Assembly: GCA_945877575.1 (NCBI GenBank)
Contig: CAMDUE010000014.1
Location: 5,375 to 69,374 of the forward strand
DNA from: Chitinophaga pinensis
Lineage (GTDB): Bacteria; Bacteroidota; Bacteroidia; NS11-12g; UBA955
DNA length: 64,000 nt
Reading direction: 5' to 3'
In this document: piece by piece, positions 29,341 through 40,120 of the stretch
Position numbering within the stretch: position 1 is the stretch's first letter
Layout: each line of letters begins with the position of its first letter
Position numbers and translations under genes: made by a program
Notes under the pieces: generated by a model
Seen by the model: the letters and a program-made list of their open reading frames with translations, nothing else
Told to the model about the DNA's origin: nothing
Database searches by the model: none

Positions 29341-29570
29341 TCACTAGACCCTAGTCACTCGTCCCTCGTCTCAAGTCACCAGTCCCTCGTCACCAGTCAC
29401 CAGTCACCAGCCCCTAGTCACTAGCCAACAGACTACGGACTATCGACTAAAGTCCAAGTACCAAGTACCATAGACCAGGTACCATAGACCATAGACCAGG
29501 TACCATAGACCATAGACCAGGTACCTGGTACATGTACCAAAGACTAAAGACCATGTCCCAAAGACTAAAT
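29341..29570 (+). repeat. C-rich degenerate heptamer array (TCACCAG-type grading into ACCATAG/ACCAGGT-type)
   Basis: Unbroken 7-nt register for 27 units (29341-29529), a 6-nt slip, then about 5 more units entering the next CDS. A 21-bp higher-order period spans 29467-29522. Confidence 0.9.
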
Positions 29571-30326
29571 TATAAAATATACGGAGAAGAGCATTCCAAA
29601 ACCATCATCATTTTGCATGGTGTTTTTGGAATGCTTGATAATTGGCACTTGGCGGCGAAAGCATTATCAGAAACTCATAAAGTAGTTACCTACGATGCTC
29701 GAAATCACGGTAAGTCATTTCATGATAAAGATTGTTCTTATCAGGCTATGTCAAATGATTTGCTTCACCTCATGGAAGAACTTAACATTGAAAATGCCTA
29801 TATTCTAGCTCATTCAATGGGTGGAAAAACCGCCATGCTTTTTGCAGATCAACATCCCCAGAAAGTAATTAAATTGATACCCGTTGATATTGCACCAAAA
29901 GCTTATCACGCAGGACATCTTGAGTACATTCAGGCTTTTAAAAGCATCGATTTTAGCAAAATTCAATCCCGTAAAGAGGCGGATGATGCGTTCCTGCCCT
30001 ATGCCCCTATCTTGGGTGTTAGGCAATTCTTGTTGAAAAACCTCGAAGTCAATCCATCTGGGGGATATCAACTTAAAATAAACATCAATGCCATTGAAAA
30101 TCATTATTACGACATCATTGGCGGATTGAATTTTCAGAATGTCTTCAACGGTGAGACCCACTTCATTTTGGGTGAAAAAAGTGGATACCTAAAAGAATCT
30201 GACAAACCCTACATTGAACAACATTTTCCACATTCCAATTATCACACCATCAGCAAAGCAGGACATTGGGTGCATGCTGACAACCCCGAAGAATTTCTGC
30301 AAGTGGTAAAAGCAATTATTGATTAA
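29532..30326 (+). CDS. Alpha/beta-fold hydrolase (YbfF/ABHD11-like esterase)
   Basis: LHGVFGMLDNW, DARNHGKS, AHSMGGK nucleophile, AGHWVHADNP. Alternative start at 29553 (MSQRLNY). Confidence 0.9.
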   Translation: MYQRLKTMSQRLNYKIYGEEHSKTIIILHGVFGMLDNWHLAAKALSETHKVVTYDARNHGKSFHDKDCSYQAMSNDLLHLMEELNIENAYILAHSMGGKTAMLFADQHPQKVIKLIPVDIAPKAYHAGHLEYIQAFKSIDFSKIQSRKEADDAFLPYAPILGVRQFLLKNLEVNPSGGYQLKININAIENHYYDIIGGLNFQNVFNGETHFILGEKSGYLKESDKPYIEQHFPHSNYHTISKAGHWVHADNPEEFLQVVKAIID

Positions 30327-30337
30327 CTTCGCCTTTC

Positions 30338-31126
30338 ATGAGAAATAAGTGGGTCCTTATTCTGCTTTTGTCGAGCTTCATAAACTTGAAGGCCCAAATG
30401 GGTTCGATTTCTGATTCTACTAGAAAGAAAAATGAAGAAAAAAGCTGGATCCTCATGCATGTCGCAGCAACCTATAGCGTGAATGCCGGTGATTGGGCCG
30501 ATAGATATCCTGCGTACACCGCTTTGCCGCTCAGACTGGAATATTACCACAAAAATAAATACACCCTAGGCACCGATTTTAGCTTCTATCTCGGCTCACA
30601 AGTAAACTCAGCCGGTATGTTTCCAGACATGACCGATGAAGATGGTGCACTTCGCGACAATAATGGTTATCCAGCCGTAGTTAGATATTACATGCGAGGT
30701 TGGTCTTCAAGAGCTTACGCCTTAAAAATCATTCCATTAAACCGCAATACCAAAAAAGAAGCCCGTTGGTCCATGCAATTGGGCGGCGGACTTGGATATA
30801 CCAGGCATTATACCAAATTCAATTTCGACTTGGACATGGTTCCTCAGTTGGAAGATGAATATTTGGGCGGCTATGACCGGCTCACCACTGGCACACAATT
30901 ATTTGAGCAAATTAGATTTCAATATTTGGATAATTCATCGGTTTCACTTTCTGCAGGATTTGAATTCCTTCAGGGATTCACCAAACACCAACGCGAATAT
31001 GATTTCACCACCCGAAGTCCACAAAATCAAGGTTACTTTGATTTAGGAATTGGTGCATTTATTGGGGTCATCATTCCCATTAAGCTCGGACAAACTTCGG
31101 CTTCAGAAGAATATTACATTGATTAA
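30338..31126 (+). CDS. Hypothetical outer-membrane beta-barrel protein
   Basis: Signal peptide LKA|Q and alternating aromatic/Gly-rich strands. Confidence 0.6.
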   Translation: MRNKWVLILLLSSFINLKAQMGSISDSTRKKNEEKSWILMHVAATYSVNAGDWADRYPAYTALPLRLEYYHKNKYTLGTDFSFYLGSQVNSAGMFPDMTDEDGALRDNNGYPAVVRYYMRGWSSRAYALKIIPLNRNTKKEARWSMQLGGGLGYTRHYTKFNFDLDMVPQLEDEYLGGYDRLTTGTQLFEQIRFQYLDNSSVSLSAGFEFLQGFTKHQREYDFTTRSPQNQGYFDLGIGAFIGVIIPIKLGQTSASEEYYID

Positions 31127-32404
31127 ATGATTCGGTGGATTTACAATATCCTCGCTCAAACTATAGATGCTGCACTGAACCTTACATCTTGGGTTTTCCC
31201 AAATGCCAAGGTTTCTAGAATGATCATAGGGCGAAAAACGAGCTTAATCAACATCCAAAATCTAGATTCTCCTCTTCCTAAAATTTGGTTTCACGCGGCT
31301 TCTTTGGGTGAGTTTGAAATGGCTTTGCCCTTGATTGAAACCTTAAACCCAGAGTACCACTGCTGCATCACCTTTTTCTCTCCTTCGGGGTATGAAAATG
31401 CCAAAATGCCGCTGAACTGCAGCAAGTATTACATCCAAAACGATAGCCCAAAGAAAGTAGCTCAATGGTTACTTCACTTGAATCCAAAGGCAGTCATTTT
31501 TGTGAAATACGAATTCTGGATCAATCACCTTCGGGCATTAAATCAGAATAACATCCCCTTCTTTTATTGGAATATCCTTCTCAGAAGAAACCATTTTTTA
31601 GGTTCTTTCTGGGGACGTGAATGGCGCTCAGAACTCAAAAATTGCAAGAAATTCTACGCCCAAAATTTGCAAACCTCGCAACTGCTTAATGAATGGCTCT
31701 CGCTGAACATAAATATAGAAACCATAGGCGATGCACGCTATTTAAGAGCTGCACAACTTCGTGATTCTGCCAGTGAAATTCCACAGGCTATAATAGATTT
31801 CTGCCAAAATTCAGATGTAATTATTCTCGGATCTTGTTGGGATGAAGAAGTGGAAGTACTTCGGGAAACTCTCTTAAAATTAGAATTTTCCAAATCATTT
31901 AGATACATTGTTGCACCCCACGACTTAAGCGAAACACGCATCCAAAAAATTCAAAAAACTCTTTCAAATTCTGACAACCACGTTTTTAGATTTTCAGAAA
32001 TCACAGAACCTTCGGCGGTTAATGTCCCCAGAAAAGAAAAAATAGAAATCGGCATTTTAGATTCCATGGGATGGCTCTCCAGAGTATATCATTGGTGTGA
32101 TTTGGCCTTGGTAGGGGGAGCATTTGGCGGCGGACTTCACAACATCATTGAGGCACAGGCGGCGGGTTGTTTTGTGCTTTTTGGACCTAAAACCGAAAAA
32201 TTCCCAGAGGCACAACAATCAGTGTATCAAGGAGTCGCATTACAGGGAGGTTCAATCTCTGAACTTACTGAAAAATTGATATCTGTTATGGCGAGAAGTG
32301 ATTTCCATGAATTACGGGGTCAAGTCAATGAGTATTTCAATGGCAATATAACGGCAATCAGTCAGGTAAAAAATGAAATTACTGCCCATATACTGACAAA
32401 CTGA
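31127..32404 (+). CDS. waaA: 3-deoxy-D-manno-octulosonic acid (Kdo) transferase
   Basis: [45 protein letters not shown]. Confidence 0.9.
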   Translation: MIRWIYNILAQTIDAALNLTSWVFPNAKVSRMIIGRKTSLINIQNLDSPLPKIWFHAASLGEFEMALPLIETLNPEYHCCITFFSPSGYENAKMPLNCSKYYIQNDSPKKVAQWLLHLNPKAVIFVKYEFWINHLRALNQNNIPFFYWNILLRRNHFLGSFWGREWRSELKNCKKFYAQNLQTSQLLNEWLSLNINIETIGDARYLRAAQLRDSASEIPQAIIDFCQNSDVIILGSCWDEEVEVLRETLLKLEFSKSFRYIVAPHDLSETRIQKIQKTLSNSDNHVFRFSEITEPSAVNVPRKEKIEIGILDSMGWLSRVYHWCDLALVGGAFGGGLHNIIEAQAAGCFVLFGPKTEKFPEAQQSVYQGVALQGGSISELTEKLISVMARSDFHELRGQVNEYFNGNITAISQVKNEITAHILTN

Positions 32405-32454
32405 CAACTCAAACTGCTATAATTTCCGATTTTTTCAATTGGCACAGATTTCGT
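32393..32454 (+). promoter_or_regulatory. Candidate sigma54-type promoter (TGGCAC-N5-TCGT) with upstream CTGACAA direct repeat, for groESL
   Basis: TGGCAC at 32440-32445 with an imperfect -12 element at 32451-32454. CTGACAAACTGACAA at 32393-32407. No CIRCE seen. Confidence 0.45.
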
Positions 32455-32489
32455 TAAAACTGCAGCAGAAACAATACGAAAAAATCAAT

Positions 32490-32765
32490 ATGTCAGTTAA
32501 CATTAAACCTTTGGCAGATCGCGTTCTGATAGAACCGGTTGCCGCTGAGCAAACCACTGCGTCAGGTATCATTATTCCAGACACTGCAAAAGAAAAGCCA
32601 CAAAGAGGTAAAGTAATTGCTGTAGGAACAGGAAAGCCCGATGAACCCCTAACTGTAAAAGTTGGAGATACCGTTTTGTACGGCAAGTATGCGGGTACAG
32701 ATATCAGCTTAGAAGGTAAAGATTACCTCATCATGAGAGAAACAGACATTTTGGCAATCATCTAA
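32490..32765 (+). CDS. groES: Co-chaperonin GroES
   Basis: Start re-called to [12 protein letters not shown]; [15 protein letters not shown]. Confidence 0.97.
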   Translation: MSVNIKPLADRVLIEPVAAEQTTASGIIIPDTAKEKPQRGKVIAVGTGKPDEPLTVKVGDTVLYGKYAGTDISLEGKDYLIMRETDILAII

Positions 32766-32778
32766 TCATTAAAAGTAA

Positions 32779-34425
<1,647 letters not shown>

Positions 34426-34446
34426 TCATCTTAAATCGAACATTTC

Positions 34447-34483
34447 AAAGAGGCTGCCTCAAAAGGGCGGCCTCTTTTCGTTT
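34447..34483 (+). terminator. Intrinsic terminator of groESL
   Basis: AAAGAGGCTGCCT-CAAAA-GGGCGGCCTCTTT followed by TCGTTT. Confidence 0.85.
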
Positions 34484-34511
34484 AACCACAATTTGAACCT
34501 ATCTTTGCATA

Positions 34512-34925
34512 GTGCCAAGAACGATGGGAATAGACTTCGGGTTAAAAAGAACGGGAATCGCTGTAACTGATCCCCTCAATCTTTTTGCTCAACCCCTCAC
34601 AACCATTAGAACAGCTGATTTTCCTGTTTGGTTCAAAGATTATCTACAATATGAACCGGTTGATTGTGTAGTGGTTGGTATGCCCATCAGACTCACGGGT
34701 GAAGACACCCATTCTACGCAATCCGTGCGCGATTTCTTGCAATGGCTCAAAGAAAACTATCCGCAACTGAAAATTGAAACCATCGATGAACGTTTTAGCA
34801 GTCACGAAGCTCAAAATCAAATCATCGCCATGGGGAAATCTAAAAAAGACCGAAAAGATAAAGGCTTAATTGATACCGTTTCGGCAACCATCATTTTACA
34901 AACACACCTCCAAAGAATATCATGA
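34512..34925 (+). CDS. ruvX: YqgF/RuvX family nuclease (pre-16S rRNA processing)
   Basis: GIDFGLKRTGIAVTD, VVGMP, DERFSS, IDTVSATIILQ. TATCTTTG box 4 nt upstream. Confidence 0.93.
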   Translation: MPRTMGIDFGLKRTGIAVTDPLNLFAQPLTTIRTADFPVWFKDYLQYEPVDCVVVGMPIRLTGEDTHSTQSVRDFLQWLKENYPQLKIETIDERFSSHEAQNQIIAMGKSKKDRKDKGLIDTVSATIILQTHLQRIS

Positions 34926-35473
34926 TACTTCCAATTTATGCCTACGGACAACCTGTTTTGAGAAAAAAGGCCGAAGAAATTGATTTTAATGACCCTGAAT
35001 TAACCAAACTTATATCTGATATGTTTGATACCATGTATGATTCAAACGGCATCGGATTAGCGGCTCCACAAATCGGAAAATCAATCAGACTATTCATTGT
35101 TGACGGCTCAGAAATTGAAGACATTCATCCCGAAGGATTTAAGGAAGTATTCATCAATCCCACCATTTTGGAAGAATTTGGCACCGAATGGGAATTTGAA
35201 GAAGGTTGCTTAAGCATTCCAGACGTCCGCGCAAACGTTAAGCGCAAAGGTGAACTCAACATTCATTATTGGGATGCCAATTTCCAAGAACACACTAAAT
35301 CGTTCGATGGAATGGCAGCGAGAATCATCCAGCATGAATACGACCACATTGAAGGTATTCTATTCACCGATCGCATCAGCCCACTAAAAAGATCCATGCT
35401 TAAACGAAAAATGGATGGTATCACCCGCGGAATTACTCGCGCTGATTATAAAATGAAGTTTTATAAACGCTAA
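34922..35473 (+). CDS. def: Peptide deformylase
   Basis: GIGLAAPQIG, EGCLS, QHEYDH. Confidence 0.97.
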   Translation: MILPIYAYGQPVLRKKAEEIDFNDPELTKLISDMFDTMYDSNGIGLAAPQIGKSIRLFIVDGSEIEDIHPEGFKEVFINPTILEEFGTEWEFEEGCLSIPDVRANVKRKGELNIHYWDANFQEHTKSFDGMAARIIQHEYDHIEGILFTDRISPLKRSMLKRKMDGITRGITRADYKMKFYKR

Positions 35474-35482
35474 ATTGCGCAA

Positions 35483-36340
35483 ATGATTCATTATCTGAGA
35501 ATCATTCGCCCCATAAACCTCCTACTGACTATACTCACTCAGTGGCTTTTCTATTTATCGGCATCTCGTGTCAATGCCGGACTGAGTTTGTTTGATTTTT
35601 CCAATCTTCGATTTCCAGAAAGTATCACGGCTACTTTGGCCTGTGTTTTTGTTGCCGCAGGCGGATATGTGATCAACGATATCTTTGATATCGAAACAGA
35701 CAAAATAAATCGACCTGGCAAACGCATCGCCGTTGAAAGCACTTCAGTAAAGTCAATGAGAATCTATTACATAGCATTAACTTTAACTGGAATCTCTTTG
35801 GGCTTCATCACAGGCCTTGGCATGGGCATATTATCAACCGTTATAGCCGTACTTCTTTATTTTTATTCCAGCGATTTCAAAGCAGAATTCTTGATGGGAA
35901 ACCTTTTAGTCTCTTTGATGGCCGGAATGGTGGTTTATATTGCATCTAGAGGCGTGTACCTAGTCAATAAAGCCTATTTCGCAGAGTTTTCAAGTATTGC
36001 GTTTTTTATCACTTTTGCACGTGAACTCATCAAAGATTTGGAAGATTATGATGGTGACAAGGAACAAGGATATGAAACTTTTGCCATCAGCAGCGGCCGC
36101 GTAAAAACCAAGATTCTCTCAAGTCTTTTCATTGCGTGTAGTTTGGCATTACTCGTTTTAATTGGCCTAACGGGAAACGAAATAGAATATTGGATATTTA
36201 CAAGCACAATTCTTGCGCCTTTACACCTTTATCTGCTTTGGAAGATTTACATGTCCTCAGAGAAAAAACACTACAGCCATATTTCAAATTGGCTCAAATA
36301 TGCCATGTTTATTGGCCTTTTAGCTAGTTTGGTTAGTTAA
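35483..36340 (+). CDS. UbiA-superfamily prenyltransferase (DGGGP-synthase-like)
   Basis: IRPINL, GGYVINDIFDIETDKINRP, RELIKDLEDYDGD, multiple TM helices. Confidence 0.85.
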   Translation: MIHYLRIIRPINLLLTILTQWLFYLSASRVNAGLSLFDFSNLRFPESITATLACVFVAAGGYVINDIFDIETDKINRPGKRIAVESTSVKSMRIYYIALTLTGISLGFITGLGMGILSTVIAVLLYFYSSDFKAEFLMGNLLVSLMAGMVVYIASRGVYLVNKAYFAEFSSIAFFITFARELIKDLEDYDGDKEQGYETFAISSGRVKTKILSSLFIACSLALLVLIGLTGNEIEYWIFTSTILAPLHLYLLWKIYMSSEKKHYSHISNWLKYAMFIGLLASLVS

Positions 36341-36351
36341 ATACTGGCAAG

Positions 36352-36945
36352 TTAATTCTCAGAATCCTCCCCTTTAGATTCCTCCCAAGCCTTACTCACC
36401 TCTTCCAATTCCTTGTACCATTCAGCACCCATTTTTCGAATCAAGGGTTCCTTTAAAAACTCAAATACGCGCACATTCATCTCTGAACCTGCCTTGCATG
36501 CCGGATTGCAAATATCCCACTTGTGATAGTTGAGTGCGGTGTAATTTCCGTAGCGCTTCGCTCGAATGGGGTACAAATGACAACTTATAGGCTTCTTGAA
36601 TTCCGTTTCACCAGCTTCATAGGCCATCTCAAAGCTGCATTTTGCAATGCCACTCCCATCGTACTGCACAAATACGCATTCACCTGATTTTTGACACTCG
36701 GTTACCAATTCACCGTCAGGATCTCGAGTGTGAAAACCTTTTTCGGCCAAATATTCTAAGGCGTCAGAACGCATGTATTTCTTCACCGTAGGCAACACAT
36801 TCTCAATGATCTCCAATTCAGCGTGCAATAAGGGTGCTCCAGCATCACCTTCAATGCAACATGCACCTTTACAATGATCTAACTGACAAACAAACCGCTT
36901 ATCAAAAATATCTTCCGATAAAATGGCATCGCCTACAATGATCAT
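36352..36945 (-). CDS. DUF3109 family Cys-rich protein
   Basis: [43 protein letters not shown]. Confidence 0.8.
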   Translation of the reverse strand: MIIVGDAILSEDIFDKRFVCQLDHCKGACCIEGDAGAPLLHAELEIIENVLPTVKKYMRSDALEYLAEKGFHTRDPDGELVTECQKSGECVFVQYDGSGIAKCSFEMAYEAGETEFKKPISCHLYPIRAKRYGNYTALNYHKWDICNPACKAGSEMNVRVFEFLKEPLIRKMGAEWYKELEEVSKAWEESKGEDSEN

Positions 36946-37457
36946 GAATTTGGATTTAAGTACTTTTCAGGACCCAAATCCTCTAGTCGCTTTGCTTTTT
37001 CAAGTACCTCTGACTCCATTTCTTTTTTGAAAGCAATTACTTTATCTGAGATTTCCTCATCGTAAATGCCCAAGATTTGAGCTGCCAAGATACCTGCATT
37101 TTTTGCCCCATTGATAGCCACGGTTGCTACAGGCACTCCAGGAGGCATCTGAACAATGGAGTATAAACTATCAATGCCGCTCATGGTTTTTGATTGAACC
37201 GGTACACCAATTACGGGCAAATGAGTCATAGAAGCTACCATACCAGGTAGATGCGCTGCTCCGCCGGCACCAGCAATAATCACACAAATTCCGCGATCAG
37301 CTGCATGTTCAGCGTATTCAAATAAGCGTTCAGGAGTTCTGTGCGCCGAAACAATGGTGGTTTCGGTCTCCACTCCCAATTGATTTAAAATAGTGGTGGC
37401 TTCTTTCATGACCGGAAGGTCACTGTCAGAGCCCATGATTATTCCTACTTTTATCAT
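36942..37457 (-). CDS. purE: N5-CAIR mutase
   Basis: [39 protein letters not shown]. Confidence 0.97.
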   Translation of the reverse strand: MIKVGIIMGSDSDLPVMKEATTILNQLGVETETTIVSAHRTPERLFEYAEHAADRGICVIIAGAGGAAHLPGMVASMTHLPVIGVPVQSKTMSGIDSLYSIVQMPPGVPVATVAINGAKNAGILAAQILGIYDEEISDKVIAFKKEMESEVLEKAKRLEDLGPEKYLNPNS

Positions 37458-37462
37458 TATTT

Positions 37463-38188
37463 TTATTCTGTTGGACGTAATTTAAAACCTAGAAAGGACA
37501 CTCCGATGTAGGCGAAATAGAACAAGGCAAAGCCGTAATTTCCAAAAACAATTAAGAAGACCACCGCAAAAGCCAAGACTAGGTATCTGAAAAGATTCAA
37601 TCCGTCTGTTTTATTGAATTTCAACGACAACATTGGGTAATCACTCACCATCATGTAACCCGCAATCAACGGCATATACAACCATACATAAAATTGATTC
37701 AACCATTCCAACTCAATGAAGCCGAAACGAAATTCAGCTAGACCTGAAACATCGTTAAACATGGCCCAAGAGCCCAAAACCAACCCGGTCAAAGGGGTGG
37801 GAATTCCCATGAAGTTCGTTTTTTGATTTTCACTTACGTTAAATACAGCCAAACGATAAGCAGCGGCTAGCGGAATTAACATCCAAACATAAGAATTGAT
37901 GCAAAAACCCGTTGGCGGACAAGCACCGCGCATCATCATGAAGTGTCTCCAAATCAATCCTGGTACTACCCCAAAAGATACCACATCGGCTAAACTATCC
38001 AATTGTTTTCCCAATTCACCGTCTACGCCTAAGGCGCGGGCTGCCATTCCATCAAAAAAATCCAAAATAGAAGCTAAAACCATCAATGCAAAAGCAATCA
38101 ATGGCTGATTCTGCATAACAAAAGTGATAGCCAACAATCCGCAGGCCAAATTGCCTAAGGTAATGAGATTTGGGATAGACTGCTTCAT
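37463..38188 (-). CDS. pssA: CDP-diacylglycerol--serine O-phosphatidyltransferase
   Basis: [19 protein letters not shown]...[30 protein letters not shown]. Confidence 0.9.
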   Translation of the reverse strand: MKQSIPNLITLGNLACGLLAITFVMQNQPLIAFALMVLASILDFFDGMAARALGVDGELGKQLDSLADVVSFGVVPGLIWRHFMMMRGACPPTGFCINSYVWMLIPLAAAYRLAVFNVSENQKTNFMGIPTPLTGLVLGSWAMFNDVSGLAEFRFGFIELEWLNQFYVWLYMPLIAGYMMVSDYPMLSLKFNKTDGLNLFRYLVLAFAVVFLIVFGNYGFALFYFAYIGVSFLGFKLRPTE

Positions 38189-38197
38189 ATTGCAAAA

Positions 38198-40120
38198 TTA
38201 GTTAAAAATATGCTGAACGTAGTTGACCGAAACTCCCCATGCATTCCATCTGTTGGCGGTTTTGGTTTGATCAAACGGAATTTTAGTTCCTTGATAGTAC
38301 CAATTGGTAGGCGATAAATCACTTTGATACTGAGCCCTAATTCCCAAACTAGTCATATTATCAATATAAAAATTGAACCCAACAGCACCCCCAACCAAAA
38401 AACCTGGATCAAGAACTATTACATCTTTCAATTCATTGTTTAACAATAAAATACTTTTGGATTGTGACTCCATTTTAAGGCGATTTTCATTATAACCTGA
38501 AAATCCGACCAAATCAAAAGAAAATCGGCCAAACTTTTTCTCAAATCCGCCTTGCAACAAAAGATTCCAATTGTTGTAATAAAAATTGGCGGAAGAATCA
38601 CTGCTTTGATTCAACCTGCCGTTTTTACCTTGTTCAGTCAAGGTGTAATTACCGGCAAGGCCAAACTTCCAAAATCCATTCGTAGCCATGATTTCGTGGT
38701 AGAAAAATTGCCTAGGTTGCACGTTAAACTTGCGACCCTCATTAGTGAACCAGTTTGAAACCTGATCTAGCTGCATATTCAAAACTCCCCATCCTGTAAG
38801 GCCCAAATGAATGCCCCACTCAGATTGTGTGGCTCTTTCTACTTCATTCGCAGATTCTAATTCCTCATTCAAGTCTTTTTGAAGTTTGGAATTTCGCTCA
38901 AAATTCACCACAGCAAAATCATATTTTGATTTTAAAGAATTGAGCTGGCTTTCCTTATCATTGAGATCGTAAATCACTATTCCTGGGGTAAAAGCCAATT
39001 TCATTTTCTGTATTTCATCTTCAGCTGTTGCACCGTAAAGTTGCTCGCTTCTATCCCAGTAAAAAATTCCCATGCTCACGGTTTTCAACGTGGAATCTTG
39101 AGATTTCAATCTATTCATCACGCTGTTAAAATTATACCAGCCGCAATCCACATCACTCGGAACATTCGAAATATGACAACGACCAAATTGGCCGAAGAAC
39201 TTAGATTCAGGATATTTATCCAACAAGTTTTTCATTCGCGAGTACATTTTACTCTCACGCCAATGAGGTTGATGAGCCGTTCTGCGCAAATCATTCCATT
39301 TAAAAACTTCGTCAATTCCTTCTTTGATGATTAAAAATTCTGAGTAATCTTCTTTTAACCATTCTTTGTAAACACTCGAGTTGCTGAATAAAGAATCATC
39401 AGTAATTAAAGAAGTAAAATCATCGCTCGTATATGAAAACCCGCCCGACTCCTCATCTTTTTCAATCGTTACGATGGTATCTACCAAAACCTCTTTTTGA
39501 TATTCTTGCAGACTATTGGTAAAATTTCGAGTCACGATATTCCTAAATGCATAAACTTTAGCTGCCAAAACCAACGGTAAACCACGTTTTTGTTCCATTT
39601 TTTGCAAAAAATCACTCATTCTTAAAGCAGACAGATCTTTAAAACGCTCCACATCTATTCCGTGAATTCGAATTCGGTCTTCCACCGGCAATTTCATATT
39701 CCAATCATGCAGTGAGTAGAACAACTTCATGTAAGCCGGCGAAGAAATTCCCTGCAAAGCTTGCAAAGCATAACCATCGTCTTCGGTGATGTATTTCTGC
39801 AAATAATAAGCCCTTGCAGGACTTAATTCGATGATATAATCTCTATAACCGCAATTTTCGTACAAAGCCCTCATGAATGAATATTCCATCAATGCGTTGG
39901 CTTCCACTTCCGAATGGTTCTCTCCACTCATAACCACCCTGCTTTCGCGGGCCTTCTCATAAAGCATCACCCATCCATCGCCCGTTGAAAACGAAGATGT
40001 TTTCATTTCCAAGGTTTTTTTCGGGGGAAGAACCTGCGCCTCCAATTCTAGGAACCCGAATAAACATCCACCGAAACTAAAAGCCAATAAAGCCAACTTT
40101 GAAATTAATTGATTTCTCAT
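38198..40120 (-). CDS. Erythromycin-esterase (EreA/ChaN-like) fold domain fused to a C-terminal beta-barrel
   Basis: Start re-called to MRNQLISK (ATG 40120, ATGA overlap), signal LEA|Q. Motifs GENH, IIE, HGIDVE, RE..M and GQFGRCH. The last ~210 aa are amphipathic strands ending WGVSVNY. Confidence 0.65.
   Translation of the reverse strand: MRNQLISKLALLAFSFGGCLFGFLELEAQVLPPKKTLEMKTSSFSTGDGWVMLYEKARESRVVMSGENHSEVEANALMEYSFMRALYENCGYRDYIIELSPARAYYLQKYITEDDGYALQALQGISSPAYMKLFYSLHDWNMKLPVEDRIRIHGIDVERFKDLSALRMSDFLQKMEQKRGLPLVLAAKVYAFRNIVTRNFTNSLQEYQKEVLVDTIVTIEKDEESGGFSYTSDDFTSLITDDSLFSNSSVYKEWLKEDYSEFLIIKEGIDEVFKWNDLRRTAHQPHWRESKMYSRMKNLLDKYPESKFFGQFGRCHISNVPSDVDCGWYNFNSVMNRLKSQDSTLKTVSMGIFYWDRSEQLYGATAEDEIQKMKLAFTPGIVIYDLNDKESQLNSLKSKYDFAVVNFERNSKLQKDLNEELESANEVERATQSEWGIHLGLTGWGVLNMQLDQVSNWFTNEGRKFNVQPRQFFYHEIMATNGFWKFGLAGNYTLTEQGKNGRLNQSSDSSANFYYNNWNLLLQGGFEKKFGRFSFDLVGFSGYNENRLKMESQSKSILLLNNELKDVIVLDPGFLVGGAVGFNFYIDNMTSLGIRAQYQSDLSPTNWYYQGTKIPFDQTKTANRWNAWGVSVNYVQHIFN

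Noticed and set aside
29182-29570. Possible CRISPR array or telomere-like repeat (one TTAGGG near 29318)
   Set aside because: The units are 7-nt tandem repeats with no unique spacers and no cas genes. The single TTAGGG is a degenerate unit.
38198-40120. Macrolide-resistance gene (ere)
   Set aside because: Only fold-level motifs match. It is a secreted barrel fusion in a housekeeping operon with no mobility signs.
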